From Octopus sinensis (lineage: Eukaryota): 64,000 nucleotides of DNA. Under the pieces are notes generated by a model. It made no database searches. It was not told where the DNA came from and saw nothing but the letters and a program-made list of their open reading frames with translations. Both the position numbers and the translations under genes were made by a program. Location of the stretch: positions 91,760,001-91,824,000 of the forward strand of contig NC_043001.1 of NCBI RefSeq assembly GCF_006345805.1, read 5' to 3'. Below are positions 1-11,875 of the stretch, piece by piece. The stretch's first letter is position 1; each line of letters begins with the position of its first letter.

Positions 1-390
1 TACCTATGTCTGTCCTCTATGTTTAGCCCCTTGTGGGTAATAAAGAAATAGGTATTTCGTCTGCCGTTACGTTCTGAGTTCAAAATCCGCCGAGGTCGAC
101 TTTGCCTTTCATCCTTTCGAGGTCGATAAATTAAGTACCAGTTACGCACTGGGGTCGATTTAATCGACTTAATCCGTTTGTCTGTCCTTGTTTGTCCCCT
201 CATGTGGGTAATAAAATGCTTAGCGGTATTTCGTCTGCCGTTACGTTCTGAGTTCAAATTCCGCCGAGGTCGATTTTGCCTTTCATCCTTTCGGGGTCGA
301 TAAATTAAGTACCAGTTGCGTATTGGGGTCGATCTAATCGACTGGCCCCTTCCCCCAAAATTTCGGGCCTTGTGCCTAGAGTAGAAAGGA
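1..390 (+). mobile_element. SINE group A, head-to-tail array (partial copies)
   Basis: B-box-like GTTCAAATTCC and core gaggtcgactttgcctttcatcctttcggggtcgataaattaagtacc repeated; core resembles the MetaSINE domain (from memory). Confidence 0.85.
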
Positions 391-449
391 GTATTACGAA
401 TAAATAAAATGGTGAGCTGGTAGAATCGTTACATACATACAATAATACA

Positions 450-481
<32 letters not shown>

Positions 482-699
482 CCCAATCCAGATTACAAGT
501 TCAGTTTTATACCTAATTATTGAGGCACTGGCTAAATACCAATAATACACTCCCTAAATACCAATCTTGAGAAATTCAAAACCAGAAAAGAGAAAACTGA
601 TTCGAAAACTACAGATTTGAACTGTAAAACTCTGTTCAAAGAGGCGAACCTCGTCATATGCTCGGGTCAAGGCATAGAAAACAACCCCCGATATCAACA

Positions 700-1752
700 G
701 CGGGGCCCGACAGCATATTCTGGTTTACCCCAGTCGCATCATGCTAGTTACGTACTCCTTTGAGCAACATCAATTCACTCATCAGCCCACAAACTCTCTC
801 CGAGCTTTCCTGTCATTAATAAACTCTCTTGCCTCTCTCACTCCAACACCTCAAACTACCAAAGCTTTCCTCATTCCATCCATCCATCCATCATTCCATC
901 CATCCACACAAACCGAGGTCTACCTCTGGTTCTGCTGCCTACCACTTCGGCCTTTATCAGTCTCCTTACCATCCGCTCCTCATCCATCCTCTCCATGTGG
1001 CCAAACAACCTCAACATTCGTCTATCCATTTTAGTTGTTAGTTGTTCTCTCATTTCTGCTCGCCTTCGCACCTCCTCATTCCACATCCTGTCCATCCGTG
1101 TCACACCAACCATTGCCCTCAAGCATCTCATCTCAGACACATCTAGTCGCCTCTTTTCCGCCTCTCTCAACCCCCACGTCTCTGCACCATATAACATTGT
1201 CGACACAATCACGCCCTCATACACACCTCTTTTGGCTTTCATACTCAACCTCTTATCTCTCAGCATACCATTCACAACTCCCTCACTCTATATCTCACTT
1301 CCTCAGCCAGCCCCACCATTTACCGTCACATGTGATCCAAGACACTTAAAAACACTAAACTCCTCCAACATCTCACCATTTATACTCACATCCATCCTAC
1401 CAGCTATTCCATCTCTCGAACATCTCATCACCTTATCCTTATCTACATTCACTTTCAGTTTCCTCCTCTCACACACTCTTCCAAACTCTGCCACTAGTCT
1501 TCTCAGTTGCTCTTCTGAATCTGCCACCAGTACTGTATCATCAGCAAACAACAACTGACTCACCTGCCATTTATCTCCATTTTCCCCCATCATTTGGGCT
1601 CTCCTTCCAAAGGCTCTAGCATTTACTTCTCTCACCACACCGTTCATATGTAAATAAAACAGCCACGGAGACATCACACAACTCTGTCATAACCCCGTCT
1701 TCACATCAAACGACTCAGTTACTTTACCACCCACCCTAAAGCTTGCCCTATT
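700..1752 (-). mobile_element. RTE-clade LINE, 5'-truncated and disrupted RT/C-terminal region
   Basis: Minus-strand translation gives CVMSPWLF, LLFADDTVL, MLYGAETW, LFGHMERM, RGRPRFVWMDG; frameshift, stop and an (ATGG)n expansion present. Confidence 0.93.
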
Positions 1753-1841
1753 TCGTATACACAAAAATACCCTGTTGATGTTGAAATTCCAATGAAGGAG
1801 TCTTAGATCTATTGGCAAGAAATCTTGAAATAAAATTGAAT

Positions 1842-2035
1842 AGGTGCTGGAGTGGCTGTGTGGTATGTAGCTTGCTTTTCAACCACATGCTTCCGGGTTC
1901 AGTCCCACTGCGTGGCACCTTAGGCAAGTGTATTCTACTATAGCCTCGAGCTGACCAAAAGTCTTGTGAGTGGATTTGGTAGACAGAAACTGATAGAAGC
2001 CCGTCGTATATATATATATATATTATATATATAAT

Positions 2036-2067
<32 letters not shown>

Positions 2068-2297
2068 GTGTGTGTGTGTGTGTGTGTATGTGTGTGTGTC
2101 TGTGTTTGTCCCCCAACAGCGCTTAACAACCGGTGCTGGTGTGTTTACGTCCTCGTAACTTAGCGGTTTGGCAAAATAGACCGATAGAATAAGTACTAGG
2201 CTCACAAAGAATAAGTCCTAGGGTCGATTTGCTCGACTAAAGGCGGTGCTCCAGCATGGCCGCAGTCAAATGACTGAAAAAAGCAAAAGAGTAAAAG

Positions 2298-2298
<1 letters not shown>
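1842..2298 (+). mobile_element. SINE group B, full-length composite (tRNA-like head, CORE-like segment, internal (TA)n(TG)n, 3' half, LINE-like tail)
   Basis: Head ggtgctggagtggctgtgtgg...gggttcagtccc; accttaggcaagtgt CORE-like; tail ggcggtgctccagcatggccgcagtcaaatgactgaaa; many copies in window. Confidence 0.88.
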
Positions 2299-2328
<30 letters not shown>

Positions 2329-2329
2329 C

Positions 2330-2384
<55 letters not shown>

Positions 2385-2690
2385 TAGATAGATAGAGAAA
2401 TAGATAGATAGATATACAGATAGATAGATACACAAATATGTATATGTGCACGCGTATATACTCACTGATAAATGCGCGCATGCACGCATACACATATTTA
2501 CATCACGTCGCACGATTAGCATGCAAATTCTCCTATGTATCTTTCTGTGATATGTAATGCTTATGCGTACGGCTGTGTGCATACGCGAGCGCGTGTGTAT
2601 GTATGTATGTGTGTGTGTGTGTGTATGTGTGTGTGTGTGTGCGTGTGTGTGTATGTGTGTGTGTGTGTGTGTGTATGTGTGTGTGTGTTA
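2299..2690. repeat. (GATA)n/(GA)n and (GT)n microsatellites
   Basis: Direct inspection. Confidence 0.95.
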
Positions 2691-3003
2691 ATTGGTGAAC
2701 GCGCGCGCGTGCGTTCATGCTAGCGTACAGATTCAACAGCAAACGCGCGTGCACGCGGAGGAAGTCGCCGATAATGGACTAAATAGTGACTAACTAATTT
2801 AGATGTCTATAACCGGCTGATAACATTAAGCAAAGAATATAACCCAAATCCTAGAGCAAGACTGGGACCGGCTAATATAAGAATCATTTACAAAGTATCT
2901 TCACTGTGTGTATTAGTGCGTACATATATACTTATATGTGTGTATGTATATAAATGTGCGTGGGTGTGTGTGTATGTGTAGGTGTATGCATGTAGATAAA
3001 TAT

Positions 3004-3042
<39 letters not shown>

Positions 3043-3060
3043 CGGCTAGGCGCTGTTGTT

Positions 3061-3207
3061 GTATGTTGAAAAGTTTGCTTCCCAACTACATGGTTCCGAG
3101 TTCAATCCCACTGCGTGGCACCTTGGGCGAATGTCTTCTACTATAGCCTCTGACCGACCATAGCCTTGTGAGTGGATTTGGTAGGTGGAAACTGAAAGAA
3201 GCCCGTC
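3061..3207 (+). mobile_element. SINE group B, 5' half
   Basis: Matches the head half of the 1842 copy; ends at gaagcccgtc. Confidence 0.85.
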
Positions 3208-3772
3208 AGAGACGCTTGGATTTGGTCATTCAACCATTCATCGACGTCTATGTGCCATCGGAATAGTCAGTAAATTGGGTCGAACGGTTCCTCATAAACT
3301 TTCCATGTCTAATCGCGCGCAGAGAGTGAATGTGTGCTCTTGTTTGCTGTCACGTATCACGAACGGACCATTTTGGGGCCGAATAGTGACTGGTGACGAG
3401 AAATGGGTTCTATATAAAAATGTCAAGCGTCGAAGATAGTGGGTAGGGAAAGGCGAAACACAGGCACCCCAGGCTTAGGTAGACTTTTATCCGTGTAAGG
3501 TGTTGTTATCTGTTTGGTGGGATATGAAGGGCTTAGTCCACATTGAACTTTTAAACCCAAACCAAATGATAACAAAGATCTACTGCGAACAGCTTGAGCT
3601 GCTTATATCAGCGCTAGAAGCCAAACGACCATCTTTGGTTTCAAGATGAAAGGTGTTCTTCCACCAGGATAATGCTCGACCACATACAGCGAGGATGGCA
3701 TTCCAAAGGCTGGAGCAGTTTGAATGGGAAACGATGCCCCGCCCACCATATTCACCAGACATTGTCCCATCT
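3208..3772 (+). mobile_element. mariner (Tc1/mariner) transposase pseudogene fragment
   Basis: Motifs VPHKL, IVTGDEKW, VWWD, HQDNARPH, PPYSPDIVPS with in-frame stops; runs into the gap. Confidence 0.95.
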
Positions 3773-3872
3773 NNNNNNNNNNNNNNNNNNNNNNNNNNNN
3801 NNNNNNNNNNNNNNNNNNNNNNNNNNNNNNNNNNNNNNNNNNNNNNNNNNNNNNNNNNNNNNNNNNNNNNNN
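3773..3872. other. Assembly gap (100 N)
   Basis: Run of exactly 100 N. Confidence 1.
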
Positions 3873-4099
3873 GCATTTAGATTACTCAGTCAAGTGTAAT
3901 GCTTATTCATTCACATTGTTTTGAATTAATAATGCATTATCTTGTAGCTGTGAGATTTCGATAATGTGATTGCTTGGAATTAGAATGATATGGTAGGCTA
4001 GGTGTAATACGCTAGATATGGCCGGTTTGAACATAAAACAGAATATTTGAGTCAGATATGACCAGTTTCAATGCTGAAAGGTTAAAACTAACTCTTTGA

Positions 4100-4880
4100 A
4101 TTCGTATGAGCCATATTTCTCATTATGACATCTTTTTTAAGCGAGAGTAAGACTTGTCTTAGACAGGACCTACGACAAATTCGCATGGGTCATATTTCTC
4201 GTCATAATATCTATTAATTTTTTGCAGATATGCTTTAAGCTGCTGTGAGACTTGTCATAGACTGAATGTATAAATTCTTACGAGTCATATTTCTTGTCAT
4301 AACATCTGTTGATTTTCTGGAGACTATAAGCTGTAGAGAGACTTGTTAAGATTTAGGATCTTTTCGGTTTGAACGGCAGTTTTTTCTAGCGGTGTCATAT
4401 GAAATTGTCACCCATAATTATGACCCTAGTATCGATCTATTGCATTTCAGTCTATTTTGGTTAGGGTTAGAGTTAGGGTTAGTTAGGGTTAGTGTTAGGG
4501 TTAGGGGTTGAGGAAGGGTATCTTTTTTTCTTCAGAAATGTAAATAAACCCAATCTGTTTCTTAAACGAGGGACATTTTCATACGGCACAGAATGTTTTC
4601 ACCTCAATAGACGGTCCTTGATTGGGTGAAATTGTAGAAATTGAAGAAAAAAAACAACAAATATCTTACAAACTATAGAATTTTCTCAATAAAGCCAAGA
4701 GAAAAAGGTGTTTTATAAACACATTCTACCAGTATACGAAGTTTAAAAGTGTTTAGTTACGTGGAAATTATTAAAAAAAACTGCCGGTCAAACCGAAAAG
4801 ATCCAAGATTTATCCTTTGGATTCTTATGGGCTTTATTTCTCATCATTACACATAGACTTTCTTTAAGCTGACTTCATAG
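4100..4880 (+). repeat. Old diverged tandem repeat (~90-95 bp unit, about 4 copies) interrupted by a TIR element
   Basis: Recurring gtcatatttct(c/t)gtcataa, taagctg and gagacttgt motifs before and after 4356-4804. Confidence 0.55.
4356..4804. mobile_element. Non-autonomous TIR element (MITE) with 8-bp TSD and internal TTAGGG-like repeats
   Basis: ~30-bp TIRs ggatcttttcggtttgaacggcagttttttt / aaaaaaaactgccggtcaaaccgaaaagatcc; TSD aagattta at 4348-4355 and 4805-4812. Confidence 0.92.
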
Positions 4881-5239
4881 AAAGAAAAAAAGAAAGAAAA
4901 GAAGAGAACAATAACATTTTTGTTTTACTTTCTGTCAGACGTTGCAAGCGAGAAGTGTCGGCTGCCTACATTTTTCTCGAATCTGAACTGTCAAATGGAC
5001 AAATTTGAGATGTTTGTTGTTCTGCCGACTGTAGAAGAACGAAATCACAAGCCTGGTTTGTGACTCAGACATATACAATAGAGTGAATGCTAGGTGAACT
5101 ATATAGAGGTATATAATATTAAATAAAATTGAGCTAAGGCAAATAATTCAAATAAGCCAATGACATGGATTAAGATAAAGACATAGACACACACTATTTA
5201 CAGTTGACAATAACAGTAATGAGGGTTAGCAGTGAGAAT

Positions 5240-5618
5240 GGGAAGATGAGCGCTAGAATGAAAAATGTGGATATGAGTGGGTGAAATATAAGTAGATTGG
5301 AGAAAGAGAGAGGGAAAGATAGAGAGAAGAAGAAAGAGGAGGAGTGGTAGAAGGAGAAGAAGAAGAGAAGAGGAAGAAGAATGGGAAACAGAGAAGTTTA
5401 CACGATATTGAATAGAAAAAGAGAGAAAGAAGGGAGATAAAGACGGATGGTTGAGTGGTGAATTACTGGTGAATGAGAAGCGTGGCATGGCAAACAAAAC
5501 AGAGGTGTGAGTCATTGAGAGAGAGAGAGGGGTGACGGTAGGGTGAGAGAGAGAGAGAGAGAAAGAAGAAAGGGAACGGTTACTATGTGAAGCGATGGTG
5601 AATGAATGATAAAAATGG

Positions 5619-5663
<45 letters not shown>

Positions 5664-5903
5664 ACAAGTAATTGTCAAAGAATGGGAGGATGAACCACAA
5701 ATAGGGATAAATAGATAAATAGAAAAATGAATAGAAAGAAAGGGACATTGACAGACACACAAAGTGGGAGAGTATAAAAGAATAAGAAAATAAAGACACA
5801 GGGAGAAGATAATAGAATTTAGAAAGTGTGTGACAACTGTAAGGGGAGATAAGCTAAAAATACTTTTAACATGAAAGTGACATAGGAGAATGAGCAAAGT
5901 AAC

Positions 5904-5970
<67 letters not shown>
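5240..5970. repeat. Purine-rich low-complexity tract with (GA)n and (GATA)n
   Basis: Direct inspection. Confidence 0.85.
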
Positions 5971-6247
5971 GGGGAGAGAAGGCGAGAGAAGAGTTAGTTA
6001 GAAATAGTTTGAAAAGGAAAGCAAGAAACTAAGACAAATGTTTGTATTTCTGAGTGTCTCACTTATGTTACACAAATACACCACAGATACACGCAAACAC
6101 ACAAACTACACAACATAATATGCATATCTATACATGTATGCGCCTGTGTTTGTGCTATTATGTATATATACATACATACATACATACATATATATTATAT
6201 ATATATATATATATATAATATATAATATATATATATATATATATATA

Positions 6248-6471
6248 GAGGCGCAATGGCCTAGTGGTTAGGGCAGCGGACTCGCGGTCGCAGGATCGCG
6301 GTTTCGATTCTCAGACGGGGCGTTGTGTGTGGTTATTGAGCGAAAACACCTAAAAGCTCTACGAGGCTCCGGCAGGGGGTGGTGATTCCTGATGTACTCT
6401 TTCCAACAATGGCGGTGCCCCAGCATGGCCACAGCTCAAGAGCTGAAACTGGAAAAAACAAAAAAAAAAAA
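6248..6471 (+). mobile_element. SINE group C head joined to a CR1-group LINE-type 3' tail
   Basis: tRNA-like head gaggcgcaatggcctagtggttagg...gtttcgattc; tail 6411-6453 nearly identical to the LINE end at 8261-8303; A-rich end. Confidence 0.85.
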
Positions 6472-6489
6472 CATATATATATATATATA

Positions 6490-8326
6490 AATGAGGAAAA
6501 CCAATGAGGGTAAGTGAAATACTGAATGAACAATTCAAGAGTGTTTTCACTCCACCCCTTGGGCATTTCCAAATCAGCAATCCAACTGACTTTTTTACCA
6601 CTGCAGATATAGAATCAGAGGCGGCGACGTTAAATTACATCGATATAAAGGAAGATGATGTAATAAAGGCTATAGATGAAATGAAAATAGACTCAGCTAT
6701 TGGCCCCGATGGATTCCCGGCAATCCTCCTAAAAGTATGTAAGAGAGTCTTAGCAAGACCACTGCAGTTCCTCTTTCAGAGCTTCCTTGCAGCTGGCAAA
6801 CTTCCAGAGAAAATGAAGGAAGGAAATATGCCCTATTCATAAAGGAGGTAGCAGAGCGGAGGCCAAGAACTACAGACCTATCTCTCTGACCTCACACATC
6901 AGCAAGGTCATGGAACGAATAGTCAGAAGGAAACTAATCACCTTCCTTGAAGAAAATGACTTGCTGCCTGACACCCAACATGGTTTCCGACAGGAAGAAG
7001 CTGCTTAACTCAGCTCCTGCAGCACTATGACTGGGTGCTGAAACAACTGCTCAACCACTCAAATGTGGAAGTCATATATCTCGACGTCGCAAAGGCCTTC
7101 GATAAAGTCGATCATGGAATGATCTTGGCATAGTTGGAAAACTAGGAGAATGGCTTCACGACTTTCTGAAGAATAGAAGTCAGGTGGTAGTAGCCAATGG
7201 GGCCACTTCCATTAGCACGCAAATAGTGAGCGGTGTTCCACAGGGCACTGTTTTGGGACCACTACTGTTCATAATGGCCCTCTCAGACATGCCCTCAGCC
7301 ACGCGGAGAGCCACGATCACAAGTTATGCAGATGATACAAAAGTTTCACAGGCAATACAGAACCCTGAAGACACTAGGCACCTGCAATATGAGCTGGACG
7401 AAATTTACAAGTGGGCTGAAAAGAATAGCATGCAGTTCAATGCTGAAAAGTTTCAAGCTTTATACTATCAGCATGCAAAACTGAATGCAATACCCAAGGA
7501 ATACACTGGACCCGGAGGGATTGCAATCCCAGAGGCACAATCAGTGCGTGACCTGGGTATTCACATGAGTGATGACGCGACCTTTCATGTACATGTTGCT
7601 AAACTGACAGTGAAATGCAGACGCCTGGCTGGATGGATTCTTAGAACCTTTAGAACAAGAGAACAAGAAACCATGATGGTCCTCTGGAAGACACTTGTCC
7701 TAAGTCACTTTGACTATTGCTCTCAGCTATGGTCACCATCCAGTGTCAAGTTGATCACAGAACTTGAGGCGATCCAACGAAGCTACACGAAGAAGATAGC
7801 CTCTATGCAGAATGTAAGCTACTGGGAAAGACTCAAGAGATTAAAATATATTCCCTGGAGCGTAGGCGGGAAAGATATGCCATAATATACATCTGGAAGA
7901 TCCTGGAGGGAAGTGTCCTGAACTTTGGCATCGAGAGTTACGCAAACGCCAGAACTGGGCGCCACTGCGTGGTGCCTAGGACTCCAAACTTGCCATCAGA
8001 TGTAGGACAAGATTCTGTGATAGCCTGGGCTTCCGAGGCCCACAGCTCTTCAATATCCTCCCGATGAACCTGAGAGACCTGCATGGGGTGGATACAGATG
8101 TCTTTAAAATGGAGCTGGATCTCTTCCTGTCAGGTGTCCCAGATGAACCAACTTCACGGCAGGAGGGGCAGATGAGGGCAGCTGCATCGAACTCTCTCAT
8201 GCACCAAATAGCAGTTGCTAGAAAGCCTCCATGAAGTGAAACCAAGTAGCAACACCAAATGCGGTGGCCCCAGCATGGCCACAGCTCATGAGCTGAAACT
8301 GGAATCATCAATCAATCAATCAATCA
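6490..8326 (+). mobile_element. CR1-group LINE, 5'-truncated, RT to 3' end, frameshifted
   Basis: GPDG, NYRPISLTS, YLDVAKAFDKVDH, SGVPQGTVLGPLLF, YADDTK, DYCSQLWSP; 3' UTR stem-loop and (ATCA)n tail. Confidence 0.95.
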
Positions 8327-8438
8327 TATATATATATATATAATATATATATATATATATACATACATATATATGCATATATATACATGTATGCGTCTGT
8401 GTGTGTGCTATTATGTGTGTGTGTATATATAATATATA

Positions 8439-8507
<69 letters not shown>

Positions 8508-9053
8508 GTATGCATGTATAAACATATGTATGTGTATACACACATAAACATACACACACACACACACACAATTCAAACACGTCCACTTACATTCATTCTT
8601 CTCGTAACAAATTCCTACATACCTTCTCCCTACCAATAAAACCAATTTCTTCAATTCACAAACAAGTGTGTCTCTGAGTTATTCATGCCACCGTCGTTGC
8701 CATTTGAATGTAAGTAGTTTATCACGTTGACAATTTTTAATAATTACTTGAAGTTCCTTCAGCCATGTTTCTTAAACAATCCACCGACGAGCCAACGAAC
8801 GAGCCTGTACGAGGTCCGTCAATCTGCTAGAAATAGCAATCAAATGTCAGTCAATCATATCTTGTTCTTTTTTATCGTGAATAATGTCATCCTAGATGTA
8901 TGATGCAGTGGGGGGGGGGAGACTGAAAGACAAAATAAAGAAACGGGAAATTATCAAAGATGGCGTACCTTCGTTCGCGGGTTTGATTAAGAAGTACTAA
9001 CCAGCAGACACAACACACCGCACGCACGCACATACACACATACACACACACAC

Positions 9054-9102
<49 letters not shown>

Positions 9103-9119
9103 ATATATATATAATAAAT

Positions 9120-9385
9120 AAAAGCCAAGTGAATCGCAGTCGTTGTTGAAGCTGGTGTCATGTACCTGGCACTCGTGCCGTTGGCACGTAAAAAGCACCT
9201 TTCGAGCGTTAGGCCTCACGGATGCAATAACCGAGCGTTGGGCCCCACTGAGGCAATGACCGAGACCTTTGTCATTATTTCTTGCTTGAGAAAAAGATCC
9301 ATCAAGCCGAGCAAAATCGCAGTCCTGACAGATACCAGTGTTACGCAAATGGCACGTAAAAACACCCATTACACTCTCGGAGTGG
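9120..9385 (+). repeat. Unclassified interspersed repeat with internal duplication (ggcacgtaaaaa(g)cacc twice)
   Basis: Repeated motifs at ~9185 and ~9351; family not identified. Confidence 0.4.
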
Positions 9386-9582
9386 TCTTCTTCACTGATA
9401 ATTTTCTGGAGCTTAGAGTCATTAGCAAATATTTTCCCTTTGCTGTATTTTATGACTATGGAAAGGTCATTTATATAGACTATAAAGAGAAGCGTGTCCA
9501 AGACAGTCTCCTGAGGAACACCACTGGTGACTTTTGCAGGGCTTGAGTGGATTTCACAGATCGCAATATGTGTTCTGTTTAG
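9386..9582 (-). mobile_element. CR1-group LINE RT fragment
   Basis: VTSGVPQETVLDTLLFIVYINDL...IFANDSKL, the degenerate GVPQG/FADD region. Confidence 0.85.
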
Positions 9583-9584
9583 CG

Positions 9585-9734
9585 TTGCTGTGTTACAGGA
9601 AGCTTGCTTCCCGACCTTAGGGTTCTGGGTTCAGTCCCACTGCGTGGCACCTTCGGTATGTGTTTTCTACTATAGCCTTGGGCCGACCAAAGCCTTGTGA
9701 GTGGATTTGGTAGACAGAAATTAAAAGAAACATG

Positions 9735-9737
<3 letters not shown>
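9585..9737 (+). mobile_element. SINE group B, 5' half
   Basis: Similarity to the 1842 copy. Confidence 0.8.
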
Positions 9738-9788
<51 letters not shown>

Positions 9789-10439
9789 TGTGTGTGTGTG
9801 TGTGTGTGCACGTGTGTGTGTATCTGTGTGTGTGCATAAAAATAAGTTTAAAAAAGAACAATTCAAACTTTTTGAGAGGTCCAAAAAGAGAGAAAGAATG
9901 ATTTCTAATAAAGATTCATCATATTCATAAAAAACAGCCAGAGTAAGTAATAAGAATATGAAAATAGTAGTTGAAAAATATCGTTATATGTATAAATATA
10001 CCATAAACAATTATAGAAAAATGGAGGGGGAAAAAATGTTGCATCAAAATTAGAGTTAATACAAAATAGGATTCAATACATACGCGCGTTTCAAAGGACA
10101 ATACAAATATGTACGAAAAACTTATAATCATCGTAATTATAATTAAATTTACGCATTGTCATTCTCATCGGTGCGAAGAATTTGGGGAAGGGCATCAAAA
10201 AAGGTTTAATAAAATAAAGTAAATTAAAATGAGATACAATAAGGGAGAATACAAAAGGCGTAATAGGGAAAAATAAGATATTTACAAGCAAGTTGTAAAA
10301 GGGAAAAATAACAGTAATAATAATAATGAGAGAGATGAAAGAGAAAAAAGGTAGACATATCAATGTGTATGCACGTCTATATGTGTAGTAATCAATAGCA
10401 TGAAAATAACAATAAAAATGTATGTATATATTTGTATTT

Positions 10440-10670
10440 GTGTGTCTTTGTGTCCGTGTTTGTCTCCCTACCATCGGTTGACAACCGATATTGGTGCGTT
10501 TAAATTCCCGTAACTTAGCGGTTCGGCATAAGGGACCGATAGAATAAGTAGTTGCAGCTTAGAAAGAATAAATCCAGGGATCGATTTCTTTGACTAAAAC
10601 ATTCAAGGCTGTGCTCCAGCATGTCCGCAGAGCGGATTTAGTAGACAGAAACTGAACGAAGCCCATCGTG

Positions 10671-10741
<71 letters not shown>

Positions 10742-10962
10742 GTATGTTTGTATGGTGTATGATATATAATTATATATACTTTATTTAAAGCAGCAAAAAC
10801 TGTCCGATGAACGCCAACGGGAAACTCAGAGTAACAGGTTTGTTGTTGATTTTCTGCTGCTTTAAATAAAGCATATCACTCTACCACTGGTATTTGAGTA
10901 CTCTTTTTTCCACCCTGTTTCACATTTATGTTTACTCCGGTATTATATATAATATATATTAT

Positions 10963-10997
<35 letters not shown>

Positions 10998-10998
10998 A

Positions 10999-11050
<52 letters not shown>

Positions 11051-11057
11051 TATAATC

Positions 11058-11089
<32 letters not shown>

Positions 11090-11195
11090 CATGTGTGTGT
11101 ATGTTTGTGCGTGTGTATTTGTCCCCCACCATCGCTTGACAACCGATGTTGGTGTGTTTACGCCCCCGTAACTTACCAGTACGGCAAAAGAATAA
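10440..11195 (+). mobile_element. Two SINE B pieces: a 3' half (10440-10630), then a truncated copy whose internal microsatellite hosts an insertion
   Basis: 3'-half motifs at 10445 and 11105; mid-SINE motif agacagaaactgaacgaagccc at ~10642. Confidence 0.75.
10800..10837 (+). ncRNA. Type I hammerhead-ribozyme-like motif (core CCGAUGA)
   Basis: Stem I ctgt/acag; CCGATGA; stem II acg-ccaa-cgg (closing pair mismatched); GAA; stem III ac-tcaga-gt; GUA site. Confidence 0.7.
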
Positions 11196-11226
11196 GCATA
11201 AGTGAAACAAATAATAGAGTTAAAGA

Positions 11227-11276
<50 letters not shown>

Positions 11277-11589
11277 TATATATATTATATATTATATATA
11301 TATATTTTTGTATTACTAGTTTAAATTAAAGAATGAATAGATAAATACAAATAAATATATAAATAATCATTTATGTCAACTAATTAGGAAAATAAATGTG
11401 TTGATTGCACCAGAAATTCGACGACAGTCTAGTCAGCGCAGAACGGCAGTTTTAGAAGACCTCATAAAAAGCCGACTGAACGTCTCGACATGTTGTTGAT
11501 ATCGTTGTTGTTGCTGCTTGATTGTTTGTTTGTTTGTTTGTTTGTTGAGCGAAGCGGTCTTCATCCTCTTGGGAGAAGTCCGAAATGTG

Positions 11590-11768
11590 GTCCTTTGCTA
11601 TTCGTAAGACCCGCAGAAGAGAAAGCAGGTCAACCCTCGACACCGAGAGCATCGACGGATGGATGAATTCGCATCCAGGCTCAGCGGTTGCGTAGGAAGT
11701 CGGGGACAAGAAACGGGAAGAAAGAGTGAGAGAAAGTTGGAGCGAAAGAGTACAACAGGGGTCGCCAA
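11590..11768 (-). mobile_element. SINE group C variant (body with alternative tail)
   Basis: Shares gaagaaagagtgagagaaagttgg...gaaagagtacaacagg with the 36630 copy; different distal sequence. Confidence 0.7.
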
Positions 11769-11875
11769 ATACACACATACACACACATGCATATACACAC
11801 AAACACACACACATATACATACAGACATACATACACACATACACATACACACACACTCACACACACTCATACATA

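Noticed and set aside
4460-4507. True telomere or chromosome-fusion site
   Set aside because: Short, degenerate and enclosed within a TIR element; the same applies to 42692-42804
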